Positions 1 to 12,702 of a stretch of DNA of 64,000 nucleotides are shown here, one piece after another (positions within the stretch are counted from its first letter, which is position 1; each line of letters begins with the position of its first letter). The stretch is taken from assembly GCF_009914755.1 (NCBI RefSeq), contig NC_060935.1; one strand, written 5' to 3'. Below the pieces are notes generated by a model, which was given only the letters and a program-made list of their open reading frames with translations, searched no databases and was not told where the DNA came from. The translations under genes and the position numbers were made by a program. Origin of the DNA: the human T2T-CHM13v2.0 reference genome, Homo sapiens.

Positions 1-829
1 CTGTCACTCCCTGCCCCATCCAGGCTCGCAGCTGCTCCATCACATGGCACACAAAATCTCCAGGAACTGAGAGGGTTGAGAGGCAGCCATACACCCATCC
101 TCTGGCATGCATAACTGAGTTTGGACAGGTGATTCCATGAGACTTGAGAAAATAAGACATCCTTTCTGTAGAATTCACAGGCCACAAAACCCTGGACTCC
201 ACAAAGAGAGTGCCCTTGGGTTTGCAGACTCTAGTGACAGAGTAAGGTCAGAGCTGGCTAAAGGATAGCACGCAACATGAATAGTGTTGAGCCGTGTTGG
301 TACAGAGGAGGGATTTTCAACGGGCCCAGCCTAGATACTTTCCAATGAGACTTCTGCACAGAAAACAGTCCTGATGGCTGGGGCGAACATGATGACAATG
401 CTGGCTCTTGATTTCTTCCCCCTGCCCTCCACTACACACATGCACCCTCTGTGCCCTAGCACTGGGAGTAAGGAGGGGGCAACAGGTCTGGCTGTGGATT
501 TCCTACCCTGGTGCCCCAGGGATCAGGTCTAAGTGGTTCAGAAACATGAGACCCTCACTACAATCCACCATCACCACCAACAGTGCCCCTTCAGCCCCGC
601 CATGGCAGCTCTCTCCCCCAGATTCCACTCAGGAGGAGCCAGGCCCCGCCTCCATAGTACCTGTTCAACCTGCACAGTTGGTTTATCCCTGAGAGACACA
701 AAGTAAAAGGACACTCCTGGGTCACAGTTCCAGAGAAAGCATGAACAGAAACAAACACGGCCCAGGGTTAGGTCTGACAGGAGCCTGGCAGCTTAAAATG
801 AGAATCCCATAAGGCTGAAACTGAAAGAA

Positions 830-990
830 ACCTGGAAAAGTATCCAGACAAACCCCCTCCCATTACAGATGTGGAAACCGAGGCTCAGAGTTGGGAGCAG
901 CTTGCCCAGGGTCAAATGGTAAAACAATTAAAGATCTGGGAACAGGATCTGGATCTCCCAATATCCAGTCCTGGACCCTTCCCATGATAC
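830..990 (-). mobile_element. MIR SINE remnant
   Basis: Reverse-strand MIR core cccattacagatgtggaaaccgaggctcagag...cttgcccagggtca. Confidence 0.7.
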
Positions 991-1003
991 CATCTGGTGA
1001 CTT

Positions 1004-1041
1004 AGCCGTAGACCTAGAAGAAAGCCGTAGACCTAGAAGAA
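1004..1041. repeat. Perfect 19-bp tandem duplication (agccgtagacctagaagaa x2)
   Basis: Read directly: copies at 1004-1022 and 1023-1041. Confidence 0.9.
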
Positions 1042-1159
1042 ACTCGGGAAGATCGAGAAATCCTCATGGGTCAGCATTTGGTTGATATCTTTTGTTACTC
1101 TTTATTATAGATAAGATACCTTCCAAAATTGCAAGGATACTTTGTACTTATATTTATCA

Positions 1160-1940
<781 letters not shown>

Positions 1941-2779
1941 TCTACTCTTAGAGTAGAAAAGTTCCAGCCTCCAAACGTGGCCAAACAAACCCCTGTCCGT
2001 GTGCATGCTCATTAGTCCCCACAGCCCTGACGAGCAGCTTTGTTCATCGCTGTAATTTATAGGTCTATCATATTCAAACTTGGATTCAACCCTCTGTGGC
2101 CCCACTACACTTTATCCTGGTAATGATTTATTGTTTTAATTGAGACTTCACTTAGGTATAACTCATTGCTGCAAACACGAGGGGGTCCAAATCCCTGGAA
2201 TCCAGGGCCAAGGTTGGCACAAGCCAGTCGTCTCTCTCCTGGCTCCTCCAACTGCAAATGCAGCCACAGAGTGACAAAAAGCCACAAGCTGTCCTACCAG
2301 GGAGGAGCCGTCCCTCCTAAAAGACAAATGGCCTTGTAATCCGTGGAGATGGCCCTGATGCTCAGTGGCCTTTGGATTAGTGAGTGAAAGAAGCAACCAG
2401 ATAAGTCAGTGCTGTCAGGAGATGGGGCGGGGGCGGCATGTGCACATAGGGCCCAGGTGGGGAGAGGTGAGGCCTGTCACCGCAGGGGAACAAGCCTGTG
2501 ACAGAAGCTTACCAGATCTCATGAGCAGCCCAGCTCCCCCACGTCAACCTGACATCTCTGTTTTCCCTGGCAGCAGCACCTGTCTGTCTGCCGGCCCAGG
2601 TCCTACCCCCCACCCCCTTCCTGGCAGCCAGTGCCAAACAGCCACCTGGTGACAGTGAAGGGTGAGCAGAGGAGAGCGGCAGCTGGGGTTGGGCCAGCCC
2701 CACCACCTCAGGAGGGGACTTCTGCACAGTTGCCCATGACGGAGGCCAGAGGTAGGAAGTAAGTATCACTTCGGTTGAC

Positions 2780-3400
2780 CAAAATTTACCAAAGATCTAC
2801 CACGTGTGGGCCCAGGGCCAGGCTCTCTGGGTAATATGGAAATGAACAAGACTCAACCCAGCCCTACAGGGGTTCCAGTCTGGTAAAACGTCAAAATAGC
2901 CACAGAGACAATAATGTCAGGTAGATCCTGAGGGCTAGAAATAATTTACTATGGGAGTTCAGAGGGGAGAATAATCACTCCTGGCCCAGAGGCTCTGGGA
3001 AGGCTTCATGGAAAAAGAAACTTTAAGATAAGCATTGAACTATGGGTAGAATTTTGACAGGCAAGACTGAGGAAGTGGGCATCCCAAGCTGGGGAACAGA
3101 GCAAAGGAGGAGAGGTAGAAAAGCAGGGGGTGTCTGGGGTGGTGGAAATCCACTTGGCTGAGCTACAGGATGTAGGAGATACGACTAGCAAGATAAGCTG
3201 AGACCCAGTGATGGAAGGTCTTGGTTGCCAGGGGAAGTAACTTGATATTTAGAAGATAATGGGGCTCTAGGAAAGGTATTTGATTTGGGTAATGACATGA
3301 TCAAAACTGAGGGAATGGCCAGGAGAGTGCACGAGGTGTGTTGGAGAAAGAGACCACTGGGCTTTACTACTCTCTAGACAGGGGTGCACGAAGCAGAAAG
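2780..3400 (-). mobile_element. L2 LINE remnant
   Basis: Purine-rich reverse L2 motifs (gggaaggcttcatgga...ggcatcccaagctggggaacagagcaaagg). Confidence 0.65.
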
Positions 3401-3409
3401 AGGAGCATA

Positions 3410-3905
3410 TCAGCTGGACTTAGGTATGGTTGAACATAACAGAAACCCAAGATAGCGTCTCATGCCTAAAAGAAGTCTGGAGGAAGCCAGGCCAGGACTG
3501 ATATGATGGGTCCAGATTTAACATGGACCCTGGTTCTTTTACTTTCTGTTCTACCACCCCAGTGTATGGCTTCCATTCCCAAGGTCACTTCATGGACCAA
3601 AAAAGCTGCTGGAGCTCCTGCCATCATTTCTACATCTTAGGCAGCAGGAAGAAGAAAGGGGGCAGGAGGCAAAAGTCTCCCTCTGAGTCAGCTCCATTTA
3701 AGGAACCCTCACACTTTCTCTTAGAACATTCCCTCTTACATCTCACTAACCAGAATTTAGGCACATGGCCAGCACTGGCTGCAAGGGAGGGTAGGAAACG
3801 TAGTCTTTTGGATGCACCTGCCATGCCCTGAGTACATTCAAGTTGTGTTACTAAGGAGAAAGGAGGGATGGGTATTGGAGAGGAGCTAGTAGTCTCTAGC
3901 ACAGG
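3410..3905 (-). mobile_element. Old MaLR solo LTR (MLT1J/K-like)
   Basis: taacagaaacccaa...gcacatggccagcactggctgcaagggagg...ggaaacgtagtctt. Confidence 0.7.
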
Positions 3906-5454
3906 GAATCAGAGATAATTCTGAGACTGAGTGCAGGGGCCTGAGCCAATAAATAGTCCAGAAGCAAAATTCAGGAAGTCCAATGAAAGAGGAGGTTTGG
4001 AGGTAAAGATGAAGCCTGGTTCTAAAACTAGAGAAAGACATCTGCTGCTGGGGACCCTGCTCCTCCAACAGCCAGGGAATCCCACCTCCCGCTGTATTGG
4101 AGTCAAGCTTTGGAGATAACCCCCAGCTCCGGAGGGTGAGTGGAATGAGGAAATGGGAAAGAGGACTTGGAGACCAGAACCCCTTAGCCAGGGCTGAGAG
4201 GGGAAGAGTACAGGCTCTGCCTATCACATGCGTGGAGGAGTGAAGGGTGGCACAGGCTGACATTGCACATCAGGAGACACCCGGCAATAGGAAGAGACCA
4301 GGCAAATGGGACCCTGGGCCCAGAGTCACTGATGGGTGCAGAGAATAGGAGGCTGAGGTCAGACATCCCCACACTACCTCCAGGAAGCCTTCCCTGGAGG
4401 ACACTGCAGGGGCTTCCCTGGCTGAAAAGAGAGCAGATGGGACAAATTCTCCTGTCCCAGGACATCAAGCAGGACTTCCCAGCTCAGCTTCTGGTCTTAG
4501 CAATACTACAAGTGCCATCCCTGTGGGGAGAGCTGGAGACAGGGAAGGCAAGGCCTGAGTAGCTGTTCCCAATCTCCTCTCCCCACCCTCACCTCCAGCA
4601 AAGGTTGAGGGGTCCAGGGGTTGAACATCTTCTAGCAAGTGTGTTTACCTTGTGTACTAATGAGTGTCATGAAGGTCACCCTTCTTCAATTCTCATTCTT
4701 ATTAAATGCTGAGTTGAGAAGGATTCTGAGGACTCCTCTTGCCTGTATGGAAAAGAACGTTATAATCAATTTGCAATGACTGCCATGGGAAAGCGTGGAA
4801 GGACAGTGAAACAGACATCAGCTAATTGCCATCCCTGGTTTAGCAGACAATATGTACTCAAAAAGTGTCTATTATATTAACGCACAAGCTCCAGGAGGCC
4901 ATTTGAAGGAAGTGTTGTCCTCTCTCTGTAACTATCTCTCCCCATCCTAGAATAGAATGGTGACATATTGTTCTGTCCCAAACCACACAGGCAAGTGTCT
5001 AGACAGTATAATCTCTAGAAGGAATTTTTGGACTCTAAGTACAGGATTCTTGGTAGGCAGCTCACCTTTGCCTCTCTGGGAGGTTTCCTTCCTACAACCA
5101 AGGCTCTGATCCCTTGGGCCAGATTTCCATGCCAAGCTGGCGGACAACTGAGGACAAGAGGGATTTTCACAGCAAGGGTAGTGATAGGCCTCTGTTCCCT
5201 GAACCTCTAGATGGAGTCAGGCAAATCTTGGGGATTCATAAGAAAATCCCGACTTGTGGGGTACACCTATGCCCAGGTACAGGCCTGACAGAGCCATTAA
5301 AAGAGATGGCCAGTTTTCCCCCTCATCTCTCATAACAGATACGCAGACAGGGCCCTCAGCCCAAAGGGCACTGCTCCTCGACTTCACGGAGCTTCTCTGC
5401 ACCTCTTCCCTACCCTGTCCTGGCCCAGAGCACAGCCCCTCCACCAGAGCAGGC

Positions 5455-5990
5455 TGGCGCACTCCTCCTTAACTCTCCTGGGCGTTGCGACGTTAGCAAG
5501 CTAACGAGAACGGATCTGACAGAGCAGGATTACCCACTCGGAGGGAGCCGGAGTGATTGTGTTTACTCCCAAACCTGGCCCTATTTAGTGGTCTGTGTGC
5601 ATCATTAATCTTCTTCCACAATCCATTCCCCATCTGCTCCCACTTTTTAATGAACTGCCACTTGTCGCACTCAATAAAATCAGCACTTTGCGAGAATTTC
5701 AGCAACGATGGACAGACGGGAGAAGGCAAGAGGCAGCGGAGCAGGCGATGAGGTAGAGCCAGAGGGAAACCAGGGGGTGCTGGGCAAGGAAGCGGGATAG
5801 AGATGTCCCCGCAGGTTCAAGAACGGCGATGGATCTGCACCGGCAAGTGAATCGCAGCACGCCGGCCACTCTGGGCAACCTTGCCCCCAAGCAAGACACT
5901 AATAACCACGTCAGACTAGAGTGCCGGCTATTCTTACACTGCACCATGTCAGGCTGGGTTTGATCCGAGCCTGCTTTGCACGATTATTTT
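5455..5990. promoter_or_regulatory. CpG-retaining unique segment, candidate regulatory element
   Basis: About 26 CpG in ~530 bp (hand count) on a CpG-depleted background; palindrome cgttagc-aa-gctaacg; CTCF-like accagggggtgctg at 5769-5782. Confidence 0.5.
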
Positions 5991-7894
5991 GCTGGTTGTG
6001 AATGGTGCAGGCGGCACAGGAATGGGGTTTTCCAGCCCTGGCTGCCAGCTCTGGGGATTCATCTGATACTAGGCTATTACCTTCTGATTACTTGACTTGG
6101 CAGCCAATCGACTCCAAGCTGCAAATCAACAGCAGGAAGGATGCATGGGAAAGCTGAGGCTTCACACTGCACTGCCCATCATTTGTCACCACAAAGTGTG
6201 ATACAGCTTCATCTGGGGCTCCAACATGGGGAGAGGAGGGAGAGGGAATGAGAATGGGGGTCCCTCACTGTACTTGGGAATCTCAGGGATGGGGCATCAC
6301 ACATGGATCATCCAGTTTGAGACTTAAGGAGAAAACTGAGGGTGAAAGAGGTTAAAAGACTTTCCAAGGACACGCAGAGGCTCTCTGCCTGAGAAGTATC
6401 TGGGTAGGGCTGGAACCCAAGCAGACCCTCTGGTCTCATGAGGAGTAGGGCTGGGGGTCAGGCTCTGCCTTCTTGGGGCCCCCTCCTCTCCAGGTCAGAA
6501 CCCGTGATGCCCTTCTTTGACGGCTCTGTGCTGTCTAGTTCCTGAGCAGAGGTAGACCAGGGTGGGGAGGTGCTGATGACATCTGGTGCCTCCATGTGCC
6601 CACCAAGCCTACGGCTTCCTGCTCTCTCAGTCGAGACTAAGGTACTTCTGCCTCAGGGTTTGGTCGGCCAGTCAGGGTTCCCTGTCCGAACAGCTGTCAT
6701 AGGGTGAGGTGCAGACAAACAGGTCAGACATACACCCTGCCCTTATCAAACAGTTCAAGGCATCACCCTTCCCAGGACTTCAGCACCCCATCAGGATTCT
6801 TGCCAGCCTCTCCCTGAGGAATAGGATCCTGCTCCTCAGTCCCCCAACACTGCAGGACCCCACCCCCGCTCACAGACTGCCGGTTCCACTGGGCAGGTTC
6901 TTGTAGTGACCTCTTCATAGCAGTATCCCTGAATCAAAAACATTGCCTAGTGGGCACTCAATAAATGTTGATCAAACAAGCCTATCAGTGAGTAGATAAA
7001 TGAATTGAATGTCCAGAACCACCTCGTTGTGTGTGTCACCTGCCTTTGGGGTCTTGGAGGCTCCTTCCTGCCCTCTTACCTCCTCGGCATCACTAAGGCT
7101 GCCTCCATGACCCTGTCCAAACTGAGTGTAAAGCAGGAGTGGGGGTGGGGGTCAAGTGGGTCTAGCCTTGAAGCTGTACCTGTCTTCTCAGCCCCCCGCC
7201 CTCCTCAGAACCACTTTCTCCCATGCCTCACCCACCAGTGTAGAAAAGCAGGGGGTGTCCAGAGTCCCGCTCCCTCAGGGCTGAGTAACTAGACATTTAA
7301 ACAGGAAGATGGCTCATGCTCGCAGCGTTTGTTCTAGTCCTCAGAGATGCCCTAGCCTGGCAACAATACACAGCCCCCTTCCTGCTCCACTTGCAGCGGG
7401 AAGTGCCCCAGTCCTCCACTTGGGGCACTCTGGATTCAGAGTGTGTCCACACCAAGATTTTGCTCACACCTGTGAAAGGAGATCCCACTTAAGGCAAAGA
7501 AGCCCTTGAAAATCACAGCTGAGCAGGGATGGAGTGCAAAGTCAGAGGCCAACTTCCCATCTGCAGAAAGGGAGTGAACGTCAGGGGCCAGGAGCTCCCT
7601 CCCCATGCCCAGCCTTGTGGTCACTGCAGAAGCAAGAGAAAGAAGTGCAGGCAAGAATGTGAAAGCAAGGACATGAGAACGGGTAGAAACGGCTGCAGTA
7701 GAAACCCACATCACCTTGGGAAGGAGACCTCTACTCATGCTATCATCACCAAAGGGCAGAAAACAACAGCTCAAGCCCCAGGTAGGCCAAGTCAGTAGAG
7801 TCACAGGCAGGTGGTACTGGAGCCCAGGTAGAGGGGGAAGCAGTTGACAATGGGTACGGCAGACAAGTCAGAACTTGAGTGCCCCCTCCAACCC

Positions 7895-7897
<3 letters not shown>

Positions 7898-7933
<36 letters not shown>
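7898..7933. repeat. (CA)n microsatellite, ~18 units
   Basis: Read directly. Confidence 0.95.
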
Positions 7934-7935
<2 letters not shown>

Positions 7936-8849
7936 ATAAAGACTAGGATTAAAACTGAAGGCAGTGCCCCTGGGGGCTAGGGTCACCTAGCAGGGGGAAG
8001 GGGATGACAGTGGTTCATGGTCAATGACTGGACACTACACAGTTCTGCACACTGAGGTGTATTTAACCACTCCACCCCACCCCATACACCCTAAAGTCAC
8101 CTGGAGAGGCACAAGCAGGGTCCCAGGGTCCATTTAATGCCCTTTAGTATCTGCAACAGCCAAAGTGGCAGACAACTCTGGGAAACATGCATGCACAGGG
8201 GAATTAATGAACTATTTGAGTATTTGAGAAGGGCAATTCTATTTTTTAAAAAAAAAAAAAACCACCCTAAGAAACTATAGCAAAAAAGAGGAAGTAAAAA
8301 ACTAAACAGAACAAGAATTTAAAATAACTTTATAATACTTATTATCAGAGGTAAGGGAGGATATTGGTGGCCTACAGTGGGAACACGCAGTTATAAAGCA
8401 GAAGCAATTGGAAATTCCAGTATGGAAAACATCACTGTTAGAATAAAGAATTCTGCAGATGGGTTGAATAGCAGAATAGACACAGCTAAAGAACAAACAG
8501 GTTAAGTGGAAGATGAGGTTGATGCTAAACAGTATTTTAAGAGGATAAAGAGTTGTAAAATAGAAAAGTTGAGATATGATGCATAGAAGTAAAAATATCA
8601 ATCTGTGTTTAGTAAGAGTCCTAGAAGGAGAGAAAAATAAACAGAGGGAAGGAAATATTTTAAGGAATAATGAGTGACAACGACTCAGTGATGGGCAGTA
8701 CATCCTTGAAAGAAAGTTGAAAGGCCTCAGATTGAAAATGTTCAAATGTACCAAACAGGATGATTTTTTTAAAACTATATTATAAAATAACTTAAGATCA
8801 AAAGCAAGAAGTAACATTTTTAAAACTTCCAAAAGAAATAGCAGATTCA

Positions 8850-8984
<135 letters not shown>

Positions 8985-9501
8985 CTACATATGAACGAGA
9001 GGCAAATCTACATCAGACTTTTCAACAGTGATCCTGAATACAAAAATAAAAGGAAATAGAGTAACATTTTCAGTGTTGCAAGGCAAAAAAACTTTAAGCC
9101 TAGGATTTTTTTAATCCAAGTAGCTTACATTTTAAAAATAAGACCAAAAATAATGGATAGTATCAGGCAGATGAGATCTCAAAATATTCTCTTTGAAAAA
9201 GTCTTGAAGGAAGTACTCTGGCAAGAAGATAAATAAATTAAGGATTGTGCTGGGAAATATATAGGTAAACCAAAAAAATGTAAGCATCAAAAACAAAAGT
9301 GAATCCACAACAATCTAGAACTAAGATTTTAAACAAATCTAACATGGTGGGACAAGGTGAGAGTCATCATGAAGGTGACAGGTCCCTGCCTCATTCAGGG
9401 GGAGAAAGTTACTTCAGAACTTAACAAGAAAAATAAATATAATTAGAGGTCTTCATAGGGCAGCCACCAGAAAAATTAAAAACAGAATGAATTACTTTTG
9501 A

Positions 9502-10240
9502 CCAGTCAGCTTTTGTGAAGTCATGCTACAGTAACAAGCTGCCTCATCTCAGTGGCTTGCAATGGCAAAGGTCTATTTCTCATTGAGATGTTGGCTGCAG
9601 GATACATGTGTCCCATGTTTCTTCTCATTCTAGGACCCAATTAAAGGAACAGGCCTTGTCTCAGTCTGATGGCAGAGGGACAAGCGCAATGCGGGAACCA
9701 CATGATGGTACTTAAGGCTACTCAGACGTCATGGACAGATCTTTTTAATTCGTATTCCACTTGCCAAGCCAATCTTTTTTTTTCCTTTTTCTTTTCTTTT
9801 TTTTTTTTTTTTTTTTTTTTTGAGATGGAGTCTCGCTCTGTGGCCCAAGCTGGAGTGCAGTGGTGCAATCTCCGCTCCGCTCACTGCAAGCTTCGCCTCC
9901 CAGGTTCACGCCATTCTCCTACCTCAGCCTCCCAGGCAGCTGGGACTACAGGCGCCTGCCACCACGCCAAGCTAATTTTTTTGTATTTTTGGTAGAGACT
10001 GGGTTTCACCGGGTTAGCCAGGATGGTCTTGATCTCCTGACCTCGTGATCCGCCCGCCTCGGCCTCCCAAAGTGCTGGGATTACAGGCGTGAGCCACCAC
10101 GCCCCGCCTGCCAAGCCAATCTTAAGCCATGCATGACATTACTGAGGTAGGAAAGTATCATCAACCCACAGGGAAGTGCTGCAAGTCACAGGAAAATAGG
10201 CAGGATCGTGTCATCCTCCTGTGGGGAGGATGGAACATTC
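9502..10240 (-). mobile_element. Old MaLR LTR (MLT1I/J-like), interrupted by AluY
   Basis: agtcagcttttg...taacaa...atctcagtggcttgcaa...tatttctca; continues after the Alu. Confidence 0.6.
9777..10108 (-). mobile_element. AluY with perfect 15-bp TSD
   Basis: ttcacgccattctcc and gatctcctgacctcgtgatccgccc diagnostics; TSD tgccaagccaatctt at 9762-9776 and 10109-10123. Confidence 0.95.
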
Positions 10241-11224
10241 TTGAAACCAGAAAAAGAAAACAGTCTCTAATTAATGAAAGTCATAAAAGAGAATGGGTAA
10301 AAAATTATGAGACATGAAATAAGATGACAGAAAGGAGTACTAAAATAAATCAAAATTATGGCAAAGATGGGAAATCATATGTATATATAATTATCTTAAA
10401 AAGCAAAACCCAGCAATGTATTTTCTGTAAGAGTCATATTTAAAACAAAATCTAGATTTCAGTCTGGAGAACATGATGTAGAACTGTTTCCTTGCTCGTC
10501 CCCACCAAATGTAACTATAAACCTTGGAAATGATGCCAGAAGCAACCAAAAGAGAACTCTGAAAGGGGGTGAGAAGGCAAATTGGTCTGTGACCTAGGAC
10601 TGGAGATCACAAGTAGAAGGGTATCTCATGCTCCCCCATCTAAGAGAAGGTTACCAGACCCACCATGTCTCAAACCCCAACCTAGCAAAGAAGGGAAGTA
10701 GGCTCATTCCTCCCCAACATCAAACAGAATTCCTCTGACAACAACAGGTAAGCTCAACACCAATTTGTGATTGATGGGTGCCACAGACACACCACCCCTG
10801 GGAAAGCACTGTCCTTCCCTCCTAGGCCTGAGGCTCCCCTTCTCCCTGGAGAGCCCTCCTGTGACCCAGCCCTGCAAAATTCCTTCTACCCCTCAGGCAG
10901 CATGAGCAGGGACCAAGCGGAATCCCCAGCAGCACCAGATAAACCAAATGGACCAAAACAACACAAGGAAAGTGCTGAAAATCTACCTGTCATTGGAGTG
11001 ATCACCCACAGATAGAGGCCAAGACCGGTGTGAGAAACCTAAACAGAGTGACCACCTGCTAAAATGAAAAAGTTTAAATAAGAACCTGCGTCTCCTACAA
11101 TTCCAGGTTACAATTATTTAAAAATTACCCTTCATATCAAGAAAAATCATAACTCAAATGACAAAAAGCAATCCACAATACCAACCCTGAGATGAATGAG
11201 ATGTTGGGAATATCTGACAAAACA

Positions 11225-12358
11225 TTTTATTATTATTATTCTTTACGTTCTGGGATACATGTGCAGAATGTGCAGTTTTGTTACATAGGTATACACGTGC
11301 CATGGTGGTTTGCTGCATAATGTTATCCCTCCCCTAGTCCCCCACCCCCACAGGCCCTGGCGTGTGATGTTCCCCTCCCTGTGTCCATGTGTTCTTATTG
11401 TTCAATTCCCACTTACGAGTGAGAACATGTGGTGTTTGGTTTTCTGATCTTGTGATAGTTTGCTGAGAATGATGGTTTCTAGCTTCATCCATGTCCCTAC
11501 AAAGGACATGAACTCATCATTTTTTATGGTTGCATAGTATTCTGTGGTGTATATGTGCCACATTTTCTTAATCCAGTCTATCATTGATGGACATTTGGGT
11601 TGGTTCCAAGTCTTTGCTATTGTGAATAATGCCACAATAAACATACGTGTGCATGTGTCTTTATCATAGAGTGATTTATAATCCTTTGGGTATATGCCCA
11701 GTAATGGGATTGCTGGGTCAAATGGTATATCTAGTTCTAGATCCTGGAGGAATCGCCACACTGTCTTCCACAATGGTTGAACTAATTTACACTCCCACCA
11801 ACAGTGTAAAATCATTCCTATTTTTCCACAACCTCTCCAGCATCTGTTGTTTCCTGACTTTTTAATGATCACCATTCTAACTGGCGTGAGATGGTATCTC
11901 ATTGTGGTTTTGATTTGCATTTCTCTGATGGCCAGTTATGATGAGCATTTTTTCATATGTCTGTTGGCTGCATAAATGTCTTCTTTTGAGAAGTGTCTGT
12001 TCATATCGTTTGCCCATTTTTTGATGGGGTTGTTTACCTTTTTCTTGTAAATTTGTTTAAGTTCTTTATAGATTCTGGATATTAGCCGTTTGTCAGATGG
12101 GTAGATTGCAAAAATTTTCTCCCATTCTGTAGGTTGCCTGTTCACTTTGAAGATAGTTTCTCTTGCTATGCAGAAGTTCTTTAGTTTAATTAGATCCCAT
12201 TTGTCAATTTTGGCTTTTGTTGCCATTGCTTTTGGTGTTTTAGACATAAAGTCTTTGCCCATGCCTATGTCCTGAATGGTAATGCCCAGGTTTTCTTCTA
12301 GGATTTTTATGGTCGTAGTTCTTACATTTAAGTCTTTGATCCATCTTGAGTGGATTTA
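11225..12358 (-). mobile_element. 5'-truncated L1PA (PA4-6-like) with 11-bp TSD
   Basis: ORF2 C-terminal peptides (ORFs 11402-11920 and 11936-12262), L1PA 3'UTR and tail; TSD ctgacaaaaca at 11214-11224 and 12359-12369. Confidence 0.92.
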
Positions 12359-12405
12359 CTGACAAAACAGTTTTTGTAAAATGCTTCAACAATCCATTAC
12401 GCATA

Positions 12406-12702
12406 TTTTTTTTTTTTTTTGAGATGGAGTCTCCCTCTGTCGCCCAGGCTGGAGTGCAATGGTGCAATCTCAGCTCACTACAACCCCCGCCTCATGGGTT
12501 CAAGTGATTTTCCTGCCTCAGCCTCCTGAGTAGCTGGGATTACAGGCATGCACCACCACGCCTGGCTAATTTTTGGATTTTTAGTAGAGATGGGGTTTCA
12601 CCATGTTAGTCAGGCTGGTCTCGAACTCCTGACCTCAGGTGATCTGCCCCCTTTTGTTTCTCAAAGTGCTGGGATTACAGGTGTGAGCCACTGTGCCCAG
12701 CC
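12406..12702 (-). mobile_element. AluS (Sx-like)
   Basis: Full dimer, reverse; gacctcaggtgatctgcc. Confidence 0.9.

Noticed and set aside
5698-5720. REST/RE1-like ttcagcaacgatggacag
   Set aside because: Mismatch in the left half-site, one extra spacer base and a poor 3' end; too weak to call
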